64,000 nt of DNA from Diplonema japonicum (Eukaryota > Protista > Euglenozoa: Diplonemea), in the NCBI GenBank assembly GCA_964019335.1, contig OZ025687.1, positions 248,001 through 312,000 of the forward strand, read 5' to 3'. Shown piece by piece: positions 47,838 to 59,230 of this stretch (position 1 is its first letter; every line of letters begins with the position of its first letter). A program made the position numbers and the translations under genes. Under the pieces are notes generated by a model. The model had not been told where the DNA came from. It did no database searches and saw only the letters and a program-made list of their open reading frames with translations.

Positions 47838-50190
47838 TCAAAGGTTCTGCACAAGCGCAGCAGCATCATCGAACCCCTGGCTGAGTCGGTTGTATTCCCA
47901 GATCTGTATTTTTTTTTTTTTTTTCTTTTTTTTTTTCTCACACAACATACCCAAGGGTGGGATGCGTTCGAAGACTTGACTATGTCAAGCATCGGCTTGA
48001 TATCAGCCCCAGGCCGCAGCTGCTTCTGGCAGATCATAGTGTTGACCATAACATCCACATCACTCTCACGAATGGATAACGCCTCCTCAAGGACCTTGAG
48101 GGCCTCACTGTAGTCTTTGGACGCCATGTAGCAAAGCGCGCAGGCGTTCAAGAGAAGCGTGGAATTTCCGTACTTCTCCTTCAGGTCCATGAAGTCTCTG
48201 AGGGCCTCCTTCACGTCCTTCTCGCCACCCTTCCTCAATCTGACATACCCGTGCCACAGCATGCTGATGGCAGCATCATCATCTATTTTGTCCATTGCCT
48301 TGAGTTCGCTCTCCGCGTGCTCGATTCTGTTGATGCGGAGGTAGATGTCAATCAGCATCGCATGCAGCTCTAAAAGCAACGCGTTGGCCCCGCAGCTAGA
48401 CGGCTCCTGGGCGGTTTCCTTCTTCGAGAGATTGCTTATCCATGTTTTGATCCACATATGCGCCGTGTTCAGTTCGCCCTTTGGATTTTTTTTTTTTTTT
48501 TTTTTTTTTTATTTCACTCTTCAGAAATTACTTCACGCACTGGGGGGCCCATTACTTCACGCTAAATCTCATTACTTCACGTGAAATAATGGCCTGTTTT
48601 CCGTGAAGTAATGGGCCCCCCAAGTTGGACTACTTTTTCCTCCCAATTTGCCCACTTTTGGCTAGGCCTTGTTCTCAGTTTCTGTGGGTAACTCTTCTGT
48701 GGGTAAGGGTAACTTAGTCAGCTTACCCAAGCTCCCCAAAAGACTTCAAAATACCGAAGCAGCAGAAAAAAAGGAGCCAGCGGCCGCGCTAGGTATGAGA
48801 AGGCCTGAATAGAGATGGTGACAGTGGCAATGCCAGCGACAGCGGCAGCTCTTAATCAACAAAAGGAGGAAAAACAACTTGTATTGTAACCTTTGTAACC
48901 CCTCTCTTGTTGGACCCCTTGTCACCCTGTTGTGCCCCTCGTGGTGAAGTAATTTCAGAGAGTCGTGAAATAAAACCACTTACCTACCGCCAAGTAATGC
49001 TTTACCGACCTCGAGGTAACGGTAAAGTCATTACTTGTTGGCAGTAAATAGCTATTATTTCACTCTTCGTCATTTTCTTCACTCACTAGGGGCCTCATTA
49101 TTTAACGCGAAATCGCCATTATTTAACTAGTTAAATAATGAGATTTTGCAGTTAAATAATGGCCCTTCAGAGTGAAAAAATGGGTCTTGTCGTGGAAAAA
49201 AATGCACCCAACCCCTTGAAAAACTTTTTTGGGGTGGGGGTATTTTGACTATTTTTGGCCATCTGAGGCCATTCCAGCCCTTAAAAGTGGGAATAAGTGC
49301 CTTACTTCCCCTTTAAATGCCACGGCGAAATAGCTACCCTGTATTACCTTAGGAAAATCCCCAAAAAGCTGACCTGCGTGAAAAAAAACAGCAGTGAAAG
49401 CTGTGAAGAGTGAGTGACTCAAATGACGAAAAGTGAAATAAAACGACTTACTTGCCGCCAAATGAGTCATTATTTAACACTCGTTACCGTTTTTTTGCAC
49501 GAGGGCCCGCAGGGCCCTCGTGCAAAAAATTCGGGAACTCGAGTTAAATAATGACTCATTATTTGTTGGCAATAAATAGCTATTTATTTCACTCTTCAGA
49601 AATTACTTCACGCACTGGGGGGCCCATTACTTCACGCTAAATCTCATTACTTCACGGTGAAATAATGGCCTGTTCTTCCCATTTCCTCATTTAACTTTAC
49701 AAAAATTAAGTAAAATATCATACTAAATAAAAATCAGGTAATCTGATTTTTATTTAGTAAATATTCATTTTTCTTTTTTTTTTTTCCTGTATATACCGCG
49801 TGTATCAAGACGGTTGCCGCTGTGATTGCCATCAGGCAGCTTTTCTCACTGGCCTCGCCCTCCTCCTTCATTGCCGACTCGACCACCTCCTTGGCTCCCT
49901 CCACAGCCGCTTCCCTTGCGGTGCTGCTGTCCGCTTTAAGATATTCTGCGAGGTGCAGCAGTGCCCTGTGCGATCTCTCGGTGCTGTTCTCCAGATCGCG
50001 GACGGCAGCGGAGTACCTCTTCAGGCCCATCTGTGCACGCGCGCTGTTTTTTTTTTTTTTCTCAATTTTTTTTTTTTTTTTTTTTCCTTGATTTCATACA
50101 GGAGATAATCCTTCTCAATCATAAGGTCGCCCTGGCTAGTTGCCTTTGTTGCGTAAGGAGAGGGCTTGATTGAAGGCGCTTCACTGATCA

Positions 50191-50225
<35 letters not shown>

Positions 50226-50300
50226 TTGATTTGTTCAAACCTGGTTATAGTTACCCAGCGTAAGCGCATTTCTCAGCTCATACAGGTCCTCGGATGCCAT
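47838..50300 (-). CDS. COPE: Coatomer subunit epsilon; introns 50192-50240, 50044-50099, 48479-49796, 47904-47950
   Basis: DLYELRNALTLGNYNQ, IDIYLRINR...MDKIDDDA, STLLLNACA, HPW...FD motifs; five exons join to 330 aa. Confidence 0.88.
48511..49680. mobile_element. Palindrome-rich repetitive insertion in COPE intron 3 (class unknown)
   Basis: ~88-bp near-identical direct repeats (48511-48598, 49586-49674), five hairpins, over a dozen CATTAYTTMAC-like copies in both orientations. Confidence 0.6.
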
Positions 50301-50942
50301 GTTTCTTTATTCTGGGTCGTCCTCCCCGGGAGCCTTGGGGGCGGGGTGGGGTTGGGTAAAGAGGGGGTATTTTAAACAAATACTAGGGTAATTTCATTAG
50401 ACAGGGGCAGAAGTGAAATATGAAAGATTTAAATGACAATACAGTCTACCGCGGGGTAAAATAACTCTTTTATGACTTATGTCTTTTTTTGCACGAGACT
50501 TCTTTTTTTTTTTTTTTTTCGTACTTAGCATAAAGATAAATTCATTTATTTTCCTTTTCAAAAAAAAGTTTTTTTTGTGAGGGAGAGGGGGGGAGGGAAA
50601 GAGAGAGAGGGGGGGGGGGGGGGAGGGAAAAAAAAGGAGAAAAAGAACAGCAAAAATCGCCAATTCTTTGTTTATAACTTTTTTTGTTACCCCCCCTTCT
50701 TTTTTATCCTTCGACATTTATTCTTTTATGCTATCGTTACCACATCAGAAAAAAAAAACCTCCCTCCTTTAACCAAAAGGCACACAATCAAGTGCTCTGT
50801 AGAAGAGTAGAAAGGCAGAGAAAGGGAATGATACAAGGAAAAGAGGCAACTTAATATCCCAGAGAGAGTGTTCTGAAGTGTATTTAGAAAAAAGAGAAAA
50901 ATAATAATAAAGAAAGAAAAGAAAAGGAAGTTTCATTTCACC

Positions 50943-51128
50943 CTATAACCTTCCTTTTGTATCAGAGCTGTAGGCTATTTTTTGGTAGTGCGCCTCTCTA
51001 CCTTCTTCTTCATCTTCGTTGATCGACTTTTTGGGGTCGCTATTTAGAAGCTGGTTCACGATCATAAGGATTATTAAGCCACAGAGCATCCCAACACCTA
51101 TACAGGCAAACACAACCCACCTGTCCAT
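50943..51128 (-). CDS. Possible small single-pass membrane protein
   Basis: MDRWVVFACIGVGMLCGLIILMIV hydrophobic helix plus charged tail, in an otherwise low-complexity spacer. Confidence 0.4.
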   Translation of the reverse strand: MDRWVVFACIGVGMLCGLIILMIVNQLLNSDPKKSINEDEEEGREAHYQKIAYSSDTKGRL

Positions 51129-51464
51129 ACTTCTCCCCCCGCAACCCCCACCTGTGCCATTGTGATAAATGCATTGCAAAATAAAAACAGTGATTTAAAA
51201 AAAAAAGGAGTGCGGAACGAGATAAGTTGGGGGGGGACGAGAAAAACAACATTTCTTAAAAAAAAAATAAAAATAAAGAGTATACAATGTGCGGGTGGAG
51301 GTGGGGGGGGGGGAGAAAATTTACAAAAAAAAAGGAAAATAAAAAAGGAAATAACGGGGGGGAAAGGGGGGGGGGGATAATTCTAACTTTCTTTTTTTTT
51401 CTTCTACCCTCCGTTTATTTCAAAATTCTTTTTTTTTTCTTTTTCTTCTTCTTTCCTGACATTC

Positions 51465-52157
51465 TTACCGCTCCCGTGCACGGGAAGGCGAGGTACAAGG
51501 AGGGACAGGGAGAGGCGGCATTTTCAACCTTTTTTTTTTTTTTTTTTTTTTTTTTTTGTTTTCCCTCCATACTCCGAGTCAATCGCGGGGTAGGTGTGCG
51601 TGACCCAAGAGATCCATTCTTCAACCGCTTTCGGAGATGGTGCAACAACCACCCAAGCCAAGGTAGGTGTGGAGATGTACATAGAAAGCCCCTTAGTCGC
51701 TGAAGCAGCTTCTTTCTCGTTAAACAAAGCAAAACTGATTATGGACTCCATCTCAACTTCAATGCAGACCTCAGGTGCTGTATCAGTAGTTCGTAAGGTC
51801 AACCAGTCCACCCCCTGCCTCACATCTAGGCACATTGCCCGCTGGTTGTAACTGTGCGTGTCAGCACTCCTTACAAAGCACACGCATGGCCCTGGTGCTT
51901 TCCCCTTTTTCGGCTGTTTCGCCTCTTTCTCTTTCTTTTTGTTCTCCATTTTTTCTATTTTCCTGGCCCTTCGATTCGACTTTAACACCTCACCCTCTGC
52001 CCTGATCTTCTGCACCTCACCCAACACCCCGCTTTCCATGATCGCTTTGCCTTCCAGCACCTTCTCTTCCGAGCGTTCAATGTTCGCGTTCTCCAAGTCC
52101 TGCAACAACCGCTTCATGAGCCTGTCCTGCTGCTCGATGGTCGTTAGATGGCTTTCC

Positions 52158-52200
<43 letters not shown>

Positions 52201-53088
52201 CCCCTTTCGCCTAAACCATACCATTGCAATGCGTTCTGTATTGACGCTAGAGGCGGATGTAGCAATGGAGGAAGAAGAAGAAGAAGAGGAGGAAGGAGAG
52301 GGAGAAGGAGAGGGCTCAGGATGGACTACTGATGTGTCGCTGGTAGGGGGCAACACGAAGGTATCAGTCTCTTCCGGCGGAGCGGTACTCGCGACAGGGC
52401 AATGCTGCGTAGAGGTATAATCAACACCCTGCAGGTAAGGGAGCGCACACGACGTGGTGCTCGGGTAGGGGTTGCTACCGAAGAATGCATCGTCTACAAC
52501 AGACAGGACAGGTGTCCTCGTAGGGGGGAGGGATGCAGGGAACGACGCCCCGTTTTTAATGAGCAGCAGCTGGTCACCATGCTCCAAGGGCATAGGATCC
52601 GGGAGGGCACACCAACCGTCAACACCATGCACATAAAGCGCTGTAGTCAAAGGATCGCAGGGAAGCAGACCACACTCCTTCTGAAAGACACCAGCAAGGA
52701 AGGCGACCGCGTCGCACAAGTGCAGCGAGATGTCTATAGAAACATCTAAATTAATTGTTTCATGCAAGACCCGCACCGCCACGTAGCTTGGCTCGTACGT
52801 TGTGAATGTTGTGTACTGTTGCAGGCTGCCGCCGGGGCCGCCTACTCGAAGGCTGTCGTGTCTCTGCTGGTAGAGCCTTACAGGCGTCAGGTGGAACTCT
52901 TCGTCAGGTGCCGATATTAATTCTCGTGCTTCTCGTGATTCTCGTGACACCCTCGGTTCCCTCGGTACTGGTGACATTCGGTCTCTTTCAAAACTCAAAA
53001 GCTTCTCTGTTTCTCGCATAACTATTGTGGCGTCTCTGATTGTCTTTTCCACAGCCCGCTCATCTGGTGGTTGGGAGAGAACCCCCAT
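51465..53088 (-). CDS. Hypothetical protein, coiled coil plus possible C-terminal PH-like domain; introns 52157-52221, 51529-51572
   Basis: ORFs join in frame through poly-A introns (504 aa); the C-terminal ...VVAPSPKAVEEWISWV resembles a PH terminal helix. Confidence 0.6.
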
Positions 53089-53681
53089 TGCCCTCCCTGT
53101 GGTGGTGTACAAGGGGAAACAGTTGACTTAATTAAAAACTGAAAGAAAAAAAGAAGAAAAAAAAAAAAAGTAAAATCTAGCTTTTTTTTTTCGAAACCCA
53201 TTTCGCCCAAAAACAAGTACCTTACAGTTCCGAGTTGGGCTGGAGAAAGAGAAAGTACGAAAAAGTAGAAGAAACGAGTAAGAGTGAGAGAGGAAGAAGA
53301 CGAGTTTAAAAAAAAAAAGAAAAAAAAAACAATTCTTTATGACTATATGTCTCATTGTTCGTTGTCTTTCTTGTTCGCACGAAGCTGCGAAAGCTTTGTT
53401 TCTTTTTTTTTTTGCTCGGCACAAGCTGCATATAGTTATAAAATCATTTTCTTTTCTTTTGTTTGAAAGATAAAAATATTTGTAACAAAAAAATGTAATG
53501 AATCCATAAAAAAGAAGAGGGGGGGGGGGGGGGAAGGAGAAGAAGAAGAGAAGAAGAAGAAGAAGAAGAAGAAGAAGAAAAGGAAAAGCAGGCTTTAACT
53601 ACCCAGCCCTCCTTTTTTTCTTGTTTGTTTGTTTGTTTGTTTGAAACCAATCATTTTTCATATAGTTCCCCTCCAATATCT

Positions 53682-55919
53682 TTACATGTCGGTCTTCAGT
53701 CTCTTTGAAGCGCAGCTGTAGGTGAGGGAACCAAGGTTCTCGTTTTCGAGATCAACGGTAACTGTCTCGTTTTCGCGAATTTGATTGTCAAGTGTGAGCT
53801 TTGAGAGGTTTGTAACAATCTCTTTCTCAATGTAGCGCCTAATGGGTCTGGCACCATAGAGGGGATTGTACTTGCTGTCTATAATGTGGTCAATAGCAGC
53901 ATCAGTCACAAAAAGCTTCAGCTGCAGACTCGCAAGCCTCGTAGCCACGGACTCCAGCTGTGCCTTGATGATCAGCCTTAAGTTCTCCTTCACCAACGGC
54001 TTGAACACCACAATGTCATCCAGCCTGTTCAGGAACTCAGGTCTGAAGTGTTTCTTCACGCTCTCCAACACCATCTCGCTTGCCTGTTCCAAGGTGCTTC
54101 CGCACTCTTGCATGTAGTCTACAAGGTGTTGGCTCCCTAGGTTGCTTGTCATCACAATGATGCAGTTGTTGAACTTCACTGTCCTCTTGTGGGAGTCCGT
54201 GAGCCTCCCTTCGTCAAGCACTTGCAGCAAGAGGTTCCAAACGTCTTTGTGCGCCTTCTCCACTTCATCGAACAAGACTACTGAGTAGGGCCTCCTGCGT
54301 ACAGCCTCTGTCAGCTGCCCGCCCTCGCCGTAGCCTATGTAGCCGGGTGGAGCGCCAATGAGCTTCGACACCGAGTGCTCCTCCATGAACTCTGACATAT
54401 CGAACCTCACGATGTTCTTCTCATCGTCGAAGAGCTCGTTCGCAAGCGCCTTCGCCAGTTCCGTCTTCCCAGTTCCCGTGGACCCCAGGAACAAGAAGGA
54501 CCCTGACGGTTGTTCCTCCCTTGCCAGCCCTGCCCTGGACCTGATGATGGCGTTCGCCACAGACTTCACAGCTTCATCTTGCCCCACGATACGCTTCTTC
54601 ATCGACTTCTCCAAATGGAGAACCTTTTGCTTCTCCGACTTTGACAGCTTCGCGACAGGGATGCCAGTCCACTGCGACACGATCTCAGCAACGTGCTTCG
54701 ACGTCACAACCTCTGTCGTGAGCGACGTGGTGGCAGGAGTGGCAGGGGTGCCTGGAGAGTTGGGCTCCACATCTACTGTTTCGGTGGCGGCAGCGTCCAT
54801 GGCTGCCTTCTGCTCCCTCAGTTGTGCCAGTTTCGACTCCAGGTCGGGGACGGCGTAGTACTTCAGGTCGGCGGCCGTTGCCATGTCCTTCCTGTTCTCA
54901 GCGGCGACGATCTTCCTCTTCACCTCGTCAAGCTTCCTCTTAATGCCAGTGAGTTCATCGACGACACCTTTCTCAGTGTTATAGCGATCCTCAAGGGGCT
55001 TGAGCTCCTGTTTCGTGTCTTCTAGCTCCTTCTGGACGTCCTTAAGTCGCTGCTTGCTCTGTTTGTCCTTTTCCCTCTTGAGGGCGGTCACCTCGACCTC
55101 GAGCTGGAAGATCTTCCTAGTGAGCTTGTCAATCTGCTCGGGTTGAGAATCGAGCTGCACGCGCACCCTGGAGCAGGCTTCGTCGACAAGGTCGATGGCC
55201 TTGTCAGGCAGGAAGCGGGCTTGGATGTACCTAGAGGAGAGCTGCACGGCAGCCACAAGGGCGGCGTCCTGAACCTGCACACCGTGGAAGGCTTCGTACT
55301 TCTCGCGGAGGCCTCGGAGGATGGAGATGGCAGACTCAACTGTGGGCTCGTTCACGTATACTTGCTGGAACCTACGCTCGAAGGCAGCATCTTTTTCGAT
55401 GTACTCACGGTACTCGGCCAGTGTCGTGGCACCTATGCACTTCAACTCACCCCTTGCGAGCATGGGCTTCAGAAGGTTAGCAGCGTCCATGGCCCCTTCG
55501 CTCTTCCCGGCGCCTACTATGTTTTGGATCTCGTCGATGAAAAGGATGATCTTCCCGTCTGCGTCTTTGACTTCTTTGATGACGTTCTTCAAGCGTTCCT
55601 CGAACTCGCCTTTATACGAGGCCCCTGCCATCAAGGCACCTAGGTCGAGAGAGACAAGCTTGCACTTCAGAGAATCCGGCATGTCACCTCGCACTATGCG
55701 TTGTGCCAGCCCTTCCACCACAGCAGTCTTCCCGACTCCAGGTTCTCCAATCAGCACAGGGTTGTTCTTCGTCCTCCTTGCAAGGATCTGAATCACCCTC
55801 CTCAGCTCGTCGTCTCTGCCGATCACAGGGTCCAACTTCCCCTCCTCAGCGAGTTGCGTAAAATCTGTCCCAAACTTCTGCAGCGCAGACTGCTGGTTAT
55901 CACCCTTGCCCATCTGCAT
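53682..55919 (-). CDS. clpB: ClpB/Hsp100 disaggregase lacking the N-terminal Clp-repeat domain
   Basis: [22 protein letters not shown], coiled-coil middle domain, [37 protein letters not shown]. Confidence 0.95.
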   Translation of the reverse strand: MQMGKGDNQQSALQKFGTDFTQLAEEGKLDPVIGRDDELRRVIQILARRTKNNPVLIGEPGVGKTAVVEGLAQRIVRGDMPDSLKCKLVSLDLGALMAGASYKGEFEERLKNVIKEVKDADGKIILFIDEIQNIVGAGKSEGAMDAANLLKPMLARGELKCIGATTLAEYREYIEKDAAFERRFQQVYVNEPTVESAISILRGLREKYEAFHGVQVQDAALVAAVQLSSRYIQARFLPDKAIDLVDEACSRVRVQLDSQPEQIDKLTRKIFQLEVEVTALKREKDKQSKQRLKDVQKELEDTKQELKPLEDRYNTEKGVVDELTGIKRKLDEVKRKIVAAENRKDMATAADLKYYAVPDLESKLAQLREQKAAMDAAATETVDVEPNSPGTPATPATTSLTTEVVTSKHVAEIVSQWTGIPVAKLSKSEKQKVLHLEKSMKKRIVGQDEAVKSVANAIIRSRAGLAREEQPSGSFLFLGSTGTGKTELAKALANELFDDEKNIVRFDMSEFMEEHSVSKLIGAPPGYIGYGEGGQLTEAVRRRPYSVVLFDEVEKAHKDVWNLLLQVLDEGRLTDSHKRTVKFNNCIIVMTSNLGSQHLVDYMQECGSTLEQASEMVLESVKKHFRPEFLNRLDDIVVFKPLVKENLRLIIKAQLESVATRLASLQLKLFVTDAAIDHIIDSKYNPLYGARPIRRYIEKEIVTNLSKLTLDNQIRENETVTVDLENENLGSLTYSCASKRLKTDM

Positions 55920-57057
55920 TTTTTTTTTCTTTTCTCTTAACTTTTTTTTCTTTTTTTTTCCCGTTAAGCTGAAGTGTGCTGACTGATTGTAAAAAGTACG
56001 CTGTAAAGCAAAAGATGAAACCAAAGAAGGGAAAAAAAAGGGGGGGATAGGAAACGTGAGAAGACCGAGGTACTAAAGAAACGGAGGGGGGGGTGATGGT
56101 CATATGGTGGTGTATATGGTGGACAACAGCAAATAAAATATAAAAAAAAACAAGAAATAATGGAAGAGCACGACCCTAGGCGCCGCGAAAGGCCCGAAGA
56201 CAGTCGGGCATCGGGTACGTCGGGTGCGAAAACAAAACCAAAAAGAAAAGAAAAAAAATCTGTATCGCGCGTGTGAAAGGAAGAATGGTGTGCCCCATAA
56301 CGGCCTCTTTCAGGCCAACTTGAAAGGGAGAGAGGAGAGGAGAGGGGGGGGAGGGGAGGGGAATGAAGACCATCACATAATCGTTTAAAGTTCCTCGCAA
56401 CCTGCCGACGGGACATGTATGTTCCCAAGAGAAAAAAAGAAGAAAAATGGATGGACAAATGGACAAAATGAAGGGAAAAAAAAAGAGATTTGTCATTTAC
56501 GTGATCCTTAGCCACTTTTCTTCATTTTGTCAGCAGCCTCCTCACTTCCCTCCTGGTACGAAGGTATAACCACCGCACCATGCTGACGTTTGCATGTGAC
56601 TTAAAAAATGGGAAATGTGGAAGTACGACTCACGAAGTGGGCAAGGGGGGGGGGGGGGGGGGGATAAATAAGAAAAGGTAGGGAAGTCAGAGTTTCTAAT
56701 TCTTCCAGCTTCTTGTAGGAAATAAAAAGTAAGAGGTGGGGGGGGGGGGGGGGGGGGTTATTGGTACCTTCTCGATTTATTTAGTTTTCAGTACCTTTCT
56801 CGCCCATTCATTACCTTCTTCCATCACATTTCTCTTTTTCTTTTTCATGTTCTCAGTACTCAACAAGGAATCAAAGGGGCGCGGGGGGGGAACTTCCTAC
56901 AGAAAAGGGGAAAAGACACTCTGACTGCAAAAAAAGAAGCGGAGCCCATCGCAAAAAAAAGGGGGGAGGGGAAAACGCACCAGATACTAAATGAATTGAA
57001 AAGAAATAGCACCCCCCCCCCCCCTTTTTTTGTTTTCTCACTCTTTCCCTTCTTTCC

Positions 57058-59001
57058 TCAAACAACGAAACCTCTGCGCGAAGGACCACGAAGACGCTCG
57101 ATCCGGAGTGGGGCCAAAGGTTTCTTCTTGTGTGCTGGAAGGGCGTACAGCCTGTCGATCTGCTGCTGTTGTTGTTCGGGGAGCAGGCGAGGGCCCTTTG
57201 CAACAGGCTCTTTTACCACAGGCGGTTGTTCCTCCTTCTTAACAGGCAAGCGGTAGAGTCTCGCAAAGGCACCGTCTAACTTTCCAAAGTGGATCATGCC
57301 CCCCTCCCTCTTTTCTTCTATGGGCACTAGTCTATGGGGCTTTTTGTTTGGTGGCGTGAATGGCGCGAAATGGTTTGCCGCTGCGGGAGAAGGTGTCCTC
57401 CCGTACGGTTGGACGGGGCTTAGCACCTCCTTTCTCCCAGACAGCGGAACAGACTGGGCCCTCACGTCTTTCCGCTCCTTCTTTTTTTTCTCCTTCACCT
57501 TCCCGTCCTTCTCTTTCCAGTAGTCTCTGTCTTTCTGCAGCACTTTCTTCGCACCGATAAGGTCATTTTTTCTCTGCTTCAAACTGTCTTCGTAGATAAC
57601 CCCTTCGATCGATGCATCTTGCACGTGCTTGGACACCGTCTCCTGAACGTGCGACACGGCGTCGACCATGGCTGTGTCGTCAGAGGTTCTGCGGAAGTCG
57701 TTGATGGCCGCGAAGAAGTCGCGGGAGTCAGCAGACGTGAGGACTCTGAAAGCCTTCGACTCCTCCAGCTTCACGTTTATCCGCTTGATCTCCTCTGTTG
57801 CAGAGAACAAGTACAACCTCTGTTGAAAGTCGTGATCAATATGTACATCGGGCACCACGTCCACACTTGTCCCCACCAGCTCAGTGGGCTTTTGTTCAGA
57901 TACGGTCGCCTCGTCCTTGTTCTCGTGAGGTGCTTTTTCAGTTGCCTGTTCTGTCGATTCCTCCTTTACGGGTGTCGGCTCCTTCGCTTCTTGTATCGAC
58001 ACGTCTTCAACAGGTACAGGCTCGTTTGTTTCTTCCTTTGGCGGCTCTTGCACTGGTGCTGCTTCAACAGGAGCAGGCTCGTTTGTTTCTTCCTTTGGCG
58101 GTTCTTGCACGGGTGTTGCTTCAACAGGTACAGGCTCGTCTGCTTCTTCCTTTGACGGCACAGGTGCTGCTTCAATAGGAGCAGGCTCGTCTGTTTCTTC
58201 CTTTGACGGATTTTGCACAGGTGCTGCTTCAACAAGAACAGATTCACCCACTTCTTCCTTCGGCGCTCCTTCATTCTCCGACTCCTCAGGGACACTCACA
58301 GATTGCTCCTTTACCTCTTCTTCTTTAGGAACTTCCTCTTTTTGCACTTGCTCCTTCAGTTCGGGTACTTCTTCCGCGGAAATTGTCGGCTCTTCTTTCG
58401 CCGGCTCAGAGAGCCTCCTAGAAGGTGACGGTGACGCTTGTCTGGCACCGGGAGACTGTCTCGCTGTAAGTCTGGAGGCTTTAGCTGCTGGCTTTGCAGC
58501 TTTAGCAGCGGGTTTAGGGGAGGCTCTGTTTGTGGGCCTTGCACCCGGTTTAGGTGAAGGGGAGGCGGCAGTGCGAGACACGGGTGCACGAGCACCGGTC
58601 GACGTTCTCCGTGTTGGTGAAGGAGAGGTGTTGGCTTCAGGCGCCCTTCCTGTTCTCTGGGTAGGCTGCCCTCGGCGTGCTGCTGTTTTTGGTGTCGGCT
58701 TCGCAGCTGCTTTTTTGGCTGTAGGTGCAGGCTCAGGTTCAGGTTCAGCTTTTTCAGTTTCAGTTTCAGGTTCGGGCTCGGGTAGAGCACCCGCCCGCTC
58801 CTTTGCAAGCAGTTCGGAAGCCTGCAGCAGCCACCTCAAGTGAGTCATCTCATCAGAAACAAGAGCATTCAATATAATCAATCCCCCACGGGGTGGGAGG
58901 ATTATTCCCTTCACACTGCTGCGCTTCACCAAATCCAACCCCTTCAAGTCACTATCGCTTGAAGTGATCAAGGCCTCCAAGCCTGGCATGGGAACTTGCA
59001 T
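57058..59001 (-). CDS. Low-complexity Pro/Glu/Ala-rich hypothetical protein, 647 aa
   Basis: Long ATG ORF with internal KEET(D/N)EP(A/V)P(V/I)EAAPVQ repeats. Confidence 0.75.
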   Translation of the reverse strand: MQVPMPGLEALITSSDSDLKGLDLVKRSSVKGIILPPRGGLIILNALVSDEMTHLRWLLQASELLAKERAGALPEPEPETETEKAEPEPEPAPTAKKAAAKPTPKTAARRGQPTQRTGRAPEANTSPSPTRRTSTGARAPVSRTAASPSPKPGARPTNRASPKPAAKAAKPAAKASRLTARQSPGARQASPSPSRRLSEPAKEEPTISAEEVPELKEQVQKEEVPKEEEVKEQSVSVPEESENEGAPKEEVGESVLVEAAPVQNPSKEETDEPAPIEAAPVPSKEEADEPVPVEATPVQEPPKEETNEPAPVEAAPVQEPPKEETNEPVPVEDVSIQEAKEPTPVKEESTEQATEKAPHENKDEATVSEQKPTELVGTSVDVVPDVHIDHDFQQRLYLFSATEEIKRINVKLEESKAFRVLTSADSRDFFAAINDFRRTSDDTAMVDAVSHVQETVSKHVQDASIEGVIYEDSLKQRKNDLIGAKKVLQKDRDYWKEKDGKVKEKKKKERKDVRAQSVPLSGRKEVLSPVQPYGRTPSPAAANHFAPFTPPNKKPHRLVPIEEKREGGMIHFGKLDGAFARLYRLPVKKEEQPPVVKEPVAKGPRLLPEQQQQQIDRLYALPAHKKKPLAPLRIERLRGPSRRGFVV

Positions 59002-59230
59002 TTTTCTTTCTCTTTTTATTTCTTCCTTTCTCGTTCCTTTCCCCCCCTCACTGTTGTGTGCGCATAAGAGAGGACAATTCGATTATCCCTCTTTTTTCTT
59101 TTTCTCTTTCGAATAACACTCTGGAGCAATGTCTACACTGGAAACCCACTTGTTTCTTCTTTTTTTTCCCCCCCTTTTCCTAATTCGTTCTCTGGGATAG
59201 AGGTTAACATTGGGCTATTTAAAGCTTTCT

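Noticed and set aside
48511-49680. CRISPR array or integron attC array
   Set aside because: Repeats are long, heterogeneous hairpins with few, long spacers; no cas or integrase gene; located in a eukaryotic intron.
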